Part shown: in pieces, positions 10,179-19,466 of the stretch
Layout of the letters: each line of letters begins with the position of its first letter
How positions within the stretch are numbered: position 1 is the stretch's first letter
Assembly (NCBI GenBank): GCA_963708075.1
Contig: OY970194.1
Coordinates: forward strand, 992,001 to 1,056,000
Direction: 5' to 3'
DNA: 64,000 nt
From: Sedimentisphaerales bacterium
Lineage (GTDB): Bacteria > Planctomycetota > Phycisphaerae > Sedimentisphaerales > Anaerobacaceae
The notes under the pieces: model-generated
Told to the model about the DNA's origin: nothing
Databases searched by the model: none
What the model saw: only the letters and a program-made list of their open reading frames with translations
Translations under genes and position numbers: made by a program

Positions 10179-10207
10179 TTGACAGTCGTGTAACGCAGGC
10201 CTATGAT
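10179..10207 (+). promoter_or_regulatory. sigma70-like promoter of the etf operon
   Basis: TTGACA-17 bp-TATGAT, implying a 5' leader of about 160 nt before ATG 10375. Confidence 0.65.
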
Positions 10208-10374
10208 GCGCACTTCATTTTATCGCTGGCAGCACTGCGGCGGTCTGGAACATCGGACGGACAAGAGTCGTAAGCACGCAGTGAGGGCAGGTGAGGCGGC
10301 GCACGCCATAGAGTCTGTCATCACTCGAGAACCCCCAGCCCTGGGGGGCATGTGTTCTAAAGGGAAATGCGCAT

Positions 10375-12474
10375 ATGAGTGACTACATTGTTCTGGTCAA
10401 ACAGGTTCCTGACGTCTCGCAGATCACGGACAATGCGTTCGATCCGGAGACGGGCACGCTCGTTCGCTCGCGGCTGGCGAACGTGATCAACGAGTTAGAC
10501 GCGCAGGCGCTGGCGTTCGCGAACCACATGAAGAAGATCAGCGGCGACGCGAAGGCCCGGCTGGTGGCGCTGACGATGGGCCCGCCGATGGCCGACGAGG
10601 TGCTGCGTTACAGCCTGGCTCGTGCGGCCGATCAGGTCGTCCTGCTGACCGATAGAGCGCTCGGCGGCGCCGATACGGTGGCGACGGCCAACCCGCTCGC
10701 CTACGCGATTCGCAGGATCACGAAGGAGCTGCTCCAGTGCGGCGATGATTACCTCGTGGTCTCGGGCATGCAGTCGGTCGATGGCGATACAGCCCAGGTG
10801 CCGGCGCAGATCGCCGAGGAACTGGGCCTGCCCTGCATCGCTTATGTGACGGGGGCCGAGTACAAGAACAATCGTTTCGAATTCACCCGCATCATCAGCG
10901 GCGGCAGCCAGACGGTAGCGACCAAGAAGCTTCCGGCCGTGGTGACTGTCGCCAAGTACGAATATCCTCTGTTTGCCACGTTCGGCGGCACACGCTGGGC
11001 GAAGAAAGCCCCTGTGGTTCAGTGGGGCGCCAATGATATCCAGGCGCCGCAGATCGGGGCCAAGGGCTCCAAGACCGCGGTGATCCGCGTCTTCCCGCCG
11101 GGCAAGAGCACCCGCAAGTGCAAGCAGATCAGCGACGTGAAGGAGCTGGCCCGGACGATTGTCGGGAGTTTCAAGAAGGGTGATAGCCAGGCAGGTGGCT
11201 CCTCCAGTAAGAAAGCGGACGGCAAATACACCCTGCCGAAGCGACGGGCGAGCCTGCTCGAACGCAGGTTCGAGGCGACGGCCAAGGAGCAGGAGGATTA
11301 CGATCTCCTGGCAGGGATTCTGAAGGAACTCGGCCTCAAGAGCGTCGAGCACATCGACGAGGCGACGAGGGAGAAGATTCTTGCCAAGGCCGGCGAGAGT
11401 TTCCATGGGAAGGCCTTTGAGGACATGATCGCGGGCTACAAGCTGACCGAGCCGGCTTTCAAGGGCGAGGTCTGGGTCGTGGCCGAGCACAGCGACGGTG
11501 TGGTCCATCCTGCGACATTCGAGCTGACCGGCAAGGCCCGCGAGCTGGCAGACTCGCTCGAAACGAAGGTCGGCGTGTGCATCGCCGGCGAGGACGTGGC
11601 GCACATGGCCGAGGAATTGATCGCCGCAGGCGCCGACAACGTGTACGCCATCGAGCACCCGCTGTTGAAAGAATTCGACCCGACGGCGTACCGCAAGGCG
11701 ATTGCCGACGCAATCGACAAATACGTGCCGCAGATCGTGCTGTATGCTGCCACGCCGCAGGGCCGCATGCTGGCCCCGATGGTCTCCTACCGCACCGGCT
11801 GCGGCCTGACCGCCGATTGCACGGGGCTCGACATCCGCGACACCTCACGAAAGGGCGAGGTCGGCCTGCTGCTGCAGACCCGTCCGGCCCTCGGCGGCAA
11901 CGTCATGGCGACCATCCGCACCAAGGGCTCCAAGAGCCAGATGGCGACGGCCCGGCCCGGCGTGATGAAGCGAATTCCGGCCGATCCGTCCCGAAAGGGA
12001 AAGGTCATCAAGCACAAGGTCGAGTTGACCGACGATGATGTCAGCCTGGAAATCCTGAAGACCGAGTTGGGCCACGGGCAGGTGAACCTGCACGCCGACA
12101 CCATCGTTTCCGGCGGCAAAGGCATGCAAAGCCGTGACAGTTACGAGAAACTCATCAGCCTACTGACGGGCGCTCTGAGCAAGAGGCTCGAAACGCAGGT
12201 CGAGCGAGGCGCCTCGCGTGCCGCCGTCGAGCAGGGCTTTATAGGCCGAATCCACCAGGTGGGCCAGACGGGGACCTCCGTCGGCCCGAAGCTCTACGTC
12301 GCTCTCGGCATCTCCGGCGCCATCCAGCACATGATCGGCGTCGCCAACACCGAGACGATCGTGGCGATCAACAGCGATCCGAACGCACCGATCTTCAAGC
12401 AGTGTGACTACTACGTCGTCGGGAATGTCGAGGATATTGTCCCGAAGCTCGCCGAGGCATTGCACGAAACGTGA
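10375..12474 (+). CDS. Fused electron transfer flavoprotein beta-alpha (EtfB-EtfA / FixA-FixB)
   Basis: N-half: VKQVPD, GADTVATA, SGMQSVDGDTAQV (beta). C-half: GLTADCT, QTRPALGGN, GASRAAV, QVGQTG, GISGAIQH, AINSDPNAPIF (alpha). One continuous 699-aa ORF. Confidence 0.92.
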   Translation: MSDYIVLVKQVPDVSQITDNAFDPETGTLVRSRLANVINELDAQALAFANHMKKISGDAKARLVALTMGPPMADEVLRYSLARAADQVVLLTDRALGGADTVATANPLAYAIRRITKELLQCGDDYLVVSGMQSVDGDTAQVPAQIAEELGLPCIAYVTGAEYKNNRFEFTRIISGGSQTVATKKLPAVVTVAKYEYPLFATFGGTRWAKKAPVVQWGANDIQAPQIGAKGSKTAVIRVFPPGKSTRKCKQISDVKELARTIVGSFKKGDSQAGGSSSKKADGKYTLPKRRASLLERRFEATAKEQEDYDLLAGILKELGLKSVEHIDEATREKILAKAGESFHGKAFEDMIAGYKLTEPAFKGEVWVVAEHSDGVVHPATFELTGKARELADSLETKVGVCIAGEDVAHMAEELIAAGADNVYAIEHPLLKEFDPTAYRKAIADAIDKYVPQIVLYAATPQGRMLAPMVSYRTGCGLTADCTGLDIRDTSRKGEVGLLLQTRPALGGNVMATIRTKGSKSQMATARPGVMKRIPADPSRKGKVIKHKVELTDDDVSLEILKTELGHGQVNLHADTIVSGGKGMQSRDSYEKLISLLTGALSKRLETQVERGASRAAVEQGFIGRIHQVGQTGTSVGPKLYVALGISGAIQHMIGVANTETIVAINSDPNAPIFKQCDYYVVGNVEDIVPKLAEALHET

Positions 12475-12479
12475 AAGAA

Positions 12480-12557
12480 TGTTTGATTCTTGAAGTTTGA
12501 TTTTTGAAGCAGGCCGGGAGTGGCCGCCAAAAATCAAAAGTCAACGATCAACAATCA
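12480..12557. repeat. Inverted heptamer tandem repeats (imperfect hairpin) between etf and fixCX-like gene
   Basis: TGTTTGA TTCTTGA AGTTTGA TTTTTGA, then a GC core, then AAAATCA AAAGTCA ACGATCA ACAATCA. Confidence 0.7.
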
Positions 12558-12575
12558 AACTTGAGGAAATAGAAC

Positions 12576-14244
12576 GTGCCGAACTACAGCGAATACAGCA
12601 AGACATCGGTTCTGGTCGTAGGCGCCGGTCCCGCGGGCCTGTCCACGGGGATTCAACTGAAGGTTCTTAAGCCGGACCTCGATGTGTGCGTGATCGACAA
12701 GGCCCTCGATCTGGGCAACCACAATCTCTCGGGCGCGGTGCTCGAAAAGGAGCCGCTGAGCGCGCTGCTCGACGCCGCCAAGCCCGGCTGGCGCGACACG
12801 GATGAGGCCAAGCAGATCCTCGCCAACGTGATCGACAAGGACGACATCATGTTCCTGCTGGGCAGCAAGATGGCGTTTGGGATTTTCCCCATGATCAAGA
12901 TGGCTCGGGGCATGGGCCTTGCCTTCGGCCAAATGATCCATCATGGCGACTATTCCTTGTCCATCAGCCGGCTCACGAAATGGCTGGGCGGGATTGCGAG
13001 GGGGCTGGGCGTGGAGGTTCTGACAGGCTTTGCCGCTGACCATGTGGTCTTCGACGGCGATGGCCTCGCCGCAGGCGTCAAGCTCGTGGATCAGGGCGTC
13101 AATAAAGAGGGGCACAAGCAGCCAAATTACACGGAGGGCGAGACGATCCAGGCGAAATTCGTCGTGCTGGCCGAAGGCTGTGACGGTCTCGTCACCGAGC
13201 GGTTTGTCGAGCAGGCGGGTCTGAAGCGCGAATCCCACCAGCTTTACTCGCTGGGTGTCAAAGAGCTGATCAAGGTCACGCCCGAGCAGTACAACAAGTT
13301 CACGAGAGGCCGGGTCGTCCACGCGATGGGCTACCCGATCTGGACGCCGGTCATCGGTCCTGGGATGTTCGGCGGTGGCATCGTCTATGCCGGCGAGCAA
13401 GACCATCTGGCCGTCGGCATGATCGTCGGTCTCGACTGGAAGTATCACGATTTCAACACCCAGGATGCGCTCGTGCGGCTCAAGGAGCACAAGTTCGTCA
13501 AGCAGTACATCGAGGGAGGTACGGTCGTCGAGGCGGGCGCCAAGATGATTCCCGAGGGCGGCTGGCACGCCGTGCCGCGCGATCCCGAGACGCCAGAGCA
13601 TCGGCAAGGGTAACGTGATGATCCTCGGCGACAGCGCCGGCTTTGTGAACATGCTCAAGATCAAGGGCCTGCACAACGCCATCGATTCCGGCATCCAGGC
13701 GGCCAAAGCCATTGTCGCGACGTTGAATAGTTCGAACGGGGCGGCTCGCAAGTACACCGAGAACGTCGAGCAGTCCAACATCGCCAGAGAGATGAAGACG
13801 GCGAAGAACTTCCGCCAGACGGTGGCCAAGTTCGGGCCGCTGCAGGGTATGCCGCTGTCAGTCCTCGGCCGCTGGCTGCCGAAGTTCCATGTCGAGAAGG
13901 ACTACGAGGCGATGACGGGGGCCTCATACCGGCTCAAGCCGAACCAGGCTTTCGACAAGGACACCTTCACGGCGGTTGCCGCCACGGAGCATCGCGAGGA
14001 GCAGCCGTCCCACCTGAAGATCCTCGACCGGACCATCTGTGACACCAGATGCCGTCCGTTCTTCGAGGCCCCGTGCATCACGTTCTGTCCCGCGGGTGTC
14101 TATGAGGCGATCCACGACGAGGTCAAGCCGGCCAACCCCTCCAACTGCCTGCATTGCAAGACCTGCCAGCGCAAGTGTCCGTTCGACAACATCCGCTGGA
14201 CCGCCCCCGAAGGCGGCGGCGGCCCGCGATACAAACGCATGTAG
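12576..14244 (+). CDS. ETF:quinone oxidoreductase / FixC-FixX fusion (frameshift near 13593)
   Basis: VVGAGPAG FAD motif, SGAV, LGVKE, IPEGG, GDSAGF; C-terminal C-x3-C-x7-C-x3-CP and CLHCKTCQRKCP. Removing one C gives ...RDPETQSIGKGNVMILGDSAG. Confidence 0.88.
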
Positions 14245-14282
14245 AGCCGCCGGATGTTTCCCGGCCAACACCAGAACCTACG

Positions 14283-14317
14283 CGGCGAGGCCTGCATGAC
14301 CTCGCCGTTTCTCTTTA
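14283..14317 (+). terminator. Intrinsic terminator after the etf operon
   Basis: CGGCGAGG-loop-CCTCGCCG followed by TTTCTCTTT. Confidence 0.7.
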
Positions 14318-14444
14318 TTATTGTCAAGTTCGCCGCCACGGCTCCTGGACGCGTATGAACGTGCAGCCAAAGTCAGGTTCTCCCTGGGCTTTATTAAGGG
14401 ATCCCCTTACGCCATTCCGATGACAGCCGTCGTATAGAATGTGA

Positions 14445-14648
14445 CACGATCAGCATCGTGCGGATCGTTGAAGGAAAGATCGAGCGGCACCAGCGAGATA
14501 CCGGCAAGCAGCAGACAAAGAGGTCCGTATCAGTCTGCCATCGGGTGGGTTTGTGAACCGTCAATGCTGGACCCGAGAAATGCCTGGAACAGATACCAAG
14601 CCATGGGCAAAGGAACGGATGTGCCGTTTTGCCCATGGCCGGTGCCGC
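14445..14648 (+). promoter_or_regulatory. Candidate structured 5' leader RNA (multi-stem), family not recognised
   Basis: Stems CACGAT/ATCGTG; GCGGCACC(14484)/GGTGCCGC(14641) enclosing GCAGAC/GTCTGC, TCGGGT/ACCCGA and GCCATGGGCAA/TTGCCCATGGC; TAGAAT -10-like box at 14435. Confidence 0.45.
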
Positions 14649-14693
14649 ACGAAGTAGTGGACGACAATCGGGGATCATTCAGAAGGAAAGGGC

Positions 14694-14918
14694 GTGGAGA
14701 TGCGTGTGAACGTCAACAGAAGATATGTCATGAAGATCCTGATGTCGCTGAGTGGATATCGGGCAGGGCCGCTTGCTCCGGTTGTGATGGGAATAGTGGG
14801 GTTGTGGCCGGTGCGGGCATGGAGTGCCATAGCGGCACTGGGGAATGCCTCACCGAGGCAAGTTGGGCGGGCCCGGCCGCTTGGCAAGATCGGGAGAACG
14901 CGTGCGCCTCCGGTGTAA
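14694..14918 (+). CDS. 74-aa small protein ending in RAPPV (candidate ribosome-arrest peptide)
   Basis: AAGGAAAGG SD before GTG; contains RAGP internally and RAPP at the C-terminus; followed by a terminator. Confidence 0.55.
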   Translation: MEMRVNVNRRYVMKILMSLSGYRAGPLAPVVMGIVGLWPVRAWSAIAALGNASPRQVGRARPLGKIGRTRAPPV

Positions 14919-14944
14919 CAATCCGTGCGGCGCCGCACACGAAT

Positions 14945-14998
14945 GGCCGAGAGGACTGGTCGCCAATTAAGGCGGCTGGTCCGATCGGCCTTTTTTTT
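14945..14998 (+). terminator. Intrinsic terminator
   Basis: Long stem GGCCGA..GGACTGGTCGCC-AATTAA-GGCGGCTGGTCC..TCGGCC followed by T8. Confidence 0.75.
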
Positions 14999-15047
14999 GC
15001 CACATGAACGGACACCGAGTTAGGCGGAGGTTCCGTCGGGTGACGGA

Positions 15048-16988
15048 TTACCTGACTCCGATGCCGCTTGGTCGCGTGTTCGCGCCGTTGAGGTTGAGGT
15101 GGTAGAGGTTGGGCAGTTGCTCCCAGAGACGCTGGACGGCCTCGTCGCTGAAGTCGCGGTCCGAGTGGACCTCCAGGAATGCAAGCTGCTTGAAGCCTTC
15201 AAGATAGCCCAAACCTTTGTCGGTGATGCGCCCGCTATGATCCGGCATGTGTTCGTCCCTATCAAGACCGCCGCGGATGCTCAGATGATTGAGCTTCTTC
15301 ATGTTAGCCAGTTGCTTGAGTCCCTCATCCGTCAGGCTGCCGCCGAGGCCCAGCCGATCCATCTCGGTCAGACCGGCCAGGTAGGGCATGCCCCGATCTG
15401 TGAAATTGCGGGGTTGGATTTGGAGCCAACGTAGCTTCTTCAGATTGGGCAGGCATGCCAGATCGGCATCACCGAATGCGTCCTGAGCGTCAGGGCTGAG
15501 GGTCAGGGTCAGGTACTCGATGTTCACCAAACCCGACAGGTCCAGCACGGCCCCACTCCGCACCAAGTCGCCTACATCCAACCGCGTCACGCCTGACAGC
15601 GAATGAAGCGAACTCAAGCCTGCGATGGTCAGGCGACTGTGCCTGATGTGGAGACTCCTGAGCGATCTCAAGCCGGCCAGCTTGGCCAGTCCCTTATCAG
15701 TCACGCCCTCGCAGCCGACCATGCTGAGTTCCCTCAAGTTCATCAGTTTCGCAATAGAGTCCATGCCGGTGTCGGTAATTCCGATGCTGCCGATGTAGAG
15801 TTCCTCAAGCTGATGGAGTTTGGCCAGTTCCGCCAGACCTCGGTCGGTGTAGTATTCCTTGTTCACGGCGGGATTATTGAAATGGATTCGGGAGATCTGG
15901 AGGTGCTTGAGGTTCGGGAGTTCCGCCAGGTGGGCCAGCCCGACATCCGTGATGCCGTGCTGATCTCCGGGGAGATCGAGATGCTCAAGCGTCCTGATCT
16001 GCTTGAGGTGACTCAGTCCCGTGTCCGTCACCTGTGCGCTGGCAATGTCCAGTTTCCTCAGGGAGCGTGTCTTGGCAAGATGGGCGAGGCCTGCATCGGT
16101 GATGCCTCGCATCCCATGCAAGCTCAACATCTCAAGATTGGGCAGTTCCGATAGATGGGCCAGGCCGGCATCGCCGATTCGACAGTAGCCGTCATGAATG
16201 GAGAAGATTCGGAGCGACGGAATCTGTTTGAGGTAGACCATGCCGGCATCCGTGAAGCCGGGACCATTCACGGCCAGGTACTTCAGATGCGGTAGGCCTC
16301 GCAAGTGCGCCAGGCCCACGTCGCCGATGCCTTGGCCGAGATACAGCTCTTCCAGGGCCGTCAGTTTGCTGATGTGCTGCACGCCGGCGCCGGTGATCTT
16401 CGTGTCCCACGGGAAGTACAGCCGCTTGAGCGATGAGAGTTGTGCGACATGAGTCATGCCCCGGCTGGTGACCTTGATATTCAGGCTCAACTCCTCGAGC
16501 GATGGAAAGCTCGCAAGCATTCTCATTCCCCAGTCGGTGATGTCGGTGTTGTCCAGCCCCAGTTCTCTCAGTCCGCTCAGATGCGTCACGGGCTTGAGGC
16601 GTGCGTCGCCCGGCTTGACCCGGCCCATCGTTTCTGTGAACCTCAGGCTGTAGAGATCATCCGGCTGGAGCTTCATGAGCCATGAAAGGTCGGCCCATGA
16701 ATCGGCATTGACCGTGAGGCGTACATGCTTGCCGGGAGGGACGCGGATGTCCCCCTGCGCCTCGCAGAAGTACTCCCACGGGGTTCCACTGAGGCCATTG
16801 ATCCCGGTCCAGTGGAACCAGAGCGTGAATTCTCTGCCCGTTCCTTCGTCCTGGACGTGAATCTGTCCTACCGGTCGGTCGCTGGGAAAACGCAGGATGC
16901 GTGCTTCATGGATCTTCCCGACCTCGGCCGGAACTGCAGCGCCGAGGATCGCCGGCACAACCAGAAACGCTGTCAAACCGATCTGCAT
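15048..16988 (-). CDS. Secreted leucine-rich repeat protein
   Basis: Many repeats of the type ITDAGLAHLAKLxxLxxLxL; AAGGAGG SD before ATG 16988; signal-like N-terminus. Confidence 0.9.
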   Translation of the reverse strand: MQIGLTAFLVVPAILGAAVPAEVGKIHEARILRFPSDRPVGQIHVQDEGTGREFTLWFHWTGINGLSGTPWEYFCEAQGDIRVPPGKHVRLTVNADSWADLSWLMKLQPDDLYSLRFTETMGRVKPGDARLKPVTHLSGLRELGLDNTDITDWGMRMLASFPSLEELSLNIKVTSRGMTHVAQLSSLKRLYFPWDTKITGAGVQHISKLTALEELYLGQGIGDVGLAHLRGLPHLKYLAVNGPGFTDAGMVYLKQIPSLRIFSIHDGYCRIGDAGLAHLSELPNLEMLSLHGMRGITDAGLAHLAKTRSLRKLDIASAQVTDTGLSHLKQIRTLEHLDLPGDQHGITDVGLAHLAELPNLKHLQISRIHFNNPAVNKEYYTDRGLAELAKLHQLEELYIGSIGITDTGMDSIAKLMNLRELSMVGCEGVTDKGLAKLAGLRSLRSLHIRHSRLTIAGLSSLHSLSGVTRLDVGDLVRSGAVLDLSGLVNIEYLTLTLSPDAQDAFGDADLACLPNLKKLRWLQIQPRNFTDRGMPYLAGLTEMDRLGLGGSLTDEGLKQLANMKKLNHLSIRGGLDRDEHMPDHSGRITDKGLGYLEGFKQLAFLEVHSDRDFSDEAVQRLWEQLPNLYHLNLNGANTRPSGIGVR

Positions 16989-17105
16989 GATTGTCCTCCT
17001 TAAATAACCGCGCAATGTTGACGCAGACGTCGGAGGATTGATGCAAAAAGCACGAGGAATCCGGCCTGCGCAGGAACCGGCATGTCATCTGCTGGTTGGG
17101 ACGCA

Positions 17106-17540
17106 TCAGGACCGAGCGAATGCCGTCTCCCATTGCCGCTGGAGCGCCGGCAGCGGCTTGCCGCAAATCTGTTCGAGCTTCTCGATATTCCGCTCCAGGC
17201 CGGCCTTCTCGCTGGAGTTCCGGAGGGTCTGATAGGCTTCGAGGAATCTGGCTCGACCGACGGTGTCGATCAGAAACTTGACGAAAGAAGCAGCTTCGGC
17301 ATAAGCGACCGGCGGCCGCGTCTGTTCAGACCCGATCTCCGTGAAGCTCAACAGCTTCGGCAACCCAAGCGTGCCAAACACTTGACGGACGTCACGTTGG
17401 ATCTCCGCGGGCAGTTCCATCCGCTCCTTCGTGAGCCGTCGCATCATTCGTCCCGCCTTGATCGAAGCTATCGCGAGAAAGATGATGAGTCCCGTCAGCC
17501 AGAGGAGCACAATCACCTCACGTGCGGAGAGGGCAGGCAT
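17106..17540 (-). CDS. Small membrane-anchored hypothetical protein resembling the C-terminal helices of peptidase MA-like domains
   Basis: One TM helix, then AYAEAASFVKFLID..G...FLEAY...GKPL..LQRQW; no HEXXH motif. Confidence 0.55.
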   Translation of the reverse strand: MPALSAREVIVLLWLTGLIIFLAIASIKAGRMMRRLTKERMELPAEIQRDVRQVFGTLGLPKLLSFTEIGSEQTRPPVAYAEAASFVKFLIDTVGRARFLEAYQTLRNSSEKAGLERNIEKLEQICGKPLPALQRQWETAFARS

Positions 17541-17617
17541 GAAGCCCCCGCGTCGCGGATGTCTCTTGGGGCGATTGAGGGGGCGTCTGTGCATAGATCC
17601 TCTGGGCTATCGGGCGC

Positions 17618-17647
17618 AAAGAAAAACCCTCCCGGAGGCGGGAGGGT
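17618..17647 (-). terminator. Intrinsic terminator downstream of csrA
   Basis: Minus strand ACCCTCCCG-CCTC-CGGGAGGGT followed by TTTTCTTT. Confidence 0.8.
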
Positions 17648-17689
17648 GGAAGATTCGATCGTTGACAGGCAGAAGAGAGGAAGTGTCTG

Positions 17690-17974
17690 CTATTCAGTTT
17701 CCTGGGGAGTTTTCTCCGGTTTCGTGTTCTTCCTGCGGGCCGGCTCCTCAGGTTTCTCCGCCGTCTCAGTTATGGGACTGGCCTGGGCTGTCCCTTCGGC
17801 CTTCTGGGCCTTTTCCCGTTGAATGGCGTCGTAAATCTCTCTGCGGTGCACGGGGATGCTCTTCGGGGCGGTAATCCCCAACCGAACCTTGTCGCCTCGG
17901 ACGTCGACGATGGTGATCTCAACGTCGTCCCCGATCATAATGGATTCGTCTCGTTGTCTGCTCAGAACCAACAT
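17690..17974 (-). CDS. csrA: Carbon storage regulator CsrA
   Basis: MLVLSRQRDESIMIGDDVEITIVDVRGDKVRLGITAPKSIPVHRREIY, with a charged C-terminal extension. Confidence 0.97.
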   Translation of the reverse strand: MLVLSRQRDESIMIGDDVEITIVDVRGDKVRLGITAPKSIPVHRREIYDAIQREKAQKAEGTAQASPITETAEKPEEPARRKNTKPEKTPQETE

Positions 17975-18277
17975 CGTTAACTCCTTTTGTCGGCTGGTTT
18001 CCCGATTTCTCCTACGTTACGGAGAATTCCAGTGTTCACTTAGCCGATTCGTTTACGTTCCAAACACGGGACGGCGCCTGCCCTTGGCAGCGGCCCCACA
18101 TGTCACCCGGAAGGCTTCATGTAGTCTATATTTCGGCTAATTGAGGGAGGCAAACCAAACAAATTCACTTTTCTTTGGATGTCCCACGTCGGTTATCAGA
18201 CGTTGCCGGCGTAAGTGCTTGCAGGAACGGGAGTTAGCGATTTTTCCGGGTTCGAAAAAATCAAAAATGCTGCCAAG

Positions 18278-19177
18278 TTATCCGGCACTTTCATGCTTTC
18301 GCCAATACTCGTAGCGGACCGCCAGCCAGTAGCCGGTGACGGCGCCGATCGCGCCGACGGCCACGAACTGCAGCGGCAAAATAGCGAAAATGGCGTGGGG
18401 GAAGAAGGTGGCCGGCTCAGTCTCCGCGAATTTCGCAACGGTCTGCGAATTGCCGTATACCGCGTCGGCAAAGGGCAGCACCAGGAGTGCGGCGATGGCG
18501 GGCCAGAGGTAGCTCAGGTTGAGGAACTTCTTGACGACGAACGCGGCGGCCCCGAAGGCGCCGAGAATAGCGAAGAAGATTTGGCCGACCGCAGGCTGGG
18601 CGGCGACCATCTCGTAGGACGTGCAGAGGTCCTGGGCGAAAACACCGGTGAAGAAGGCGATAAGCACCACGCTGACAAGCAGTGCGACGGCAACGTTCAG
18701 ATAAAGACCCGGGTTGAGATGGCTCTTGATCTGAGCCAGGCTCGGCGCAGGCCTGGAGCCGGGGCGCCATTGCTGAGCCGCCAGTACGCCGGCAAAGCCT
18801 GCTGCCACAATCAGTAGCCAGTAGGCTGGCTCGAAACGCAACGAGTGCAGAAGAGCCTCTCGTTGGTCCGGCTTGTTGAGCGCCTGCGTCAGCACCCGCA
18901 TGGGCCCGGACCGGCCGGCCCACACAGCCAGCCCAAAGGGCACGCCGAGAATTGCGATCTCCCGGCCGTGAGGCCAGGCGATGAAGTACCCCGCAAACCC
19001 AACGCCAAATGCCAGCAACAGCAACATTATCGTTCCTGAGAGACTTATGTGCCATGCGCGGACAGGCAGCAGAGGATCGGCGGGGGCTGCGAGCGGCCAT
19101 GCCAGCATCCCGATCACAATTATGCCCAGCGCCGCCACGGCGGCGATTCTCAGCTTGTTAATTCCTGTCAATTCCAT
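18278..19177 (-). CDS. Multi-pass membrane protein, unknown function
   Basis: About 8 hydrophobic segments from MELTGINKLR; AAGGA SD. Confidence 0.75.
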   Translation of the reverse strand: MELTGINKLRIAAVAALGIIVIGMLAWPLAAPADPLLPVRAWHISLSGTIMLLLLAFGVGFAGYFIAWPHGREIAILGVPFGLAVWAGRSGPMRVLTQALNKPDQREALLHSLRFEPAYWLLIVAAGFAGVLAAQQWRPGSRPAPSLAQIKSHLNPGLYLNVAVALLVSVVLIAFFTGVFAQDLCTSYEMVAAQPAVGQIFFAILGAFGAAAFVVKKFLNLSYLWPAIAALLVLPFADAVYGNSQTVAKFAETEPATFFPHAIFAILPLQFVAVGAIGAVTGYWLAVRYEYWRKHESAG

Positions 19178-19466
19178 AGCTGCATCCTTCAAAGCAGTCG
19201 CCAAGGTATCTGTACAGTGGGTTGGCGTCAAGCCTTTTCCCGGTTGTACTGAGGTTGGGTGCACGGCAGAAGTAGCACCCAGTCTTGGCCCGGGCAGAAG
19301 ATTCGGGCTCCGGATCTGCGCGGGGCAGCGGGAGAGGCTTGCGGTTTGGGCAGATCGTGGTATCGTGATGCGGCATTGGATGGCCGTGGGGCATCTCACT
19401 CGCCGCGCACAAGCGCAACGCGGCGTGCCACAGCTAAGACATGCGTCTGAAAGAGCCGGAAAGGGC

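Noticed and set aside
14441..15007. 188-aa plus-strand ORF spanning the structured leader
   Set aside because: No SD, no motifs, and it runs through the terminator; the 74-aa ORF has better signals
15100..16600. Periodic DNA similarity suggesting a repeat or CRISPR array
   Set aside because: It is coding periodicity of leucine-rich repeats; no identical repeats with unique spacers and no cas genes
18125..18165. Possible sigma28 promoter for csrA (GCCGAAAT)
   Set aside because: No matching TAAA -35 element at the expected spacing
18981..19466. N-terminal extensions of the MFS ORF (and similar extensions at 5100, 44721, 60086)
   Set aside because: They overlap neighbouring genes and lack family-like sequence; downstream starts with SD sites are preferred
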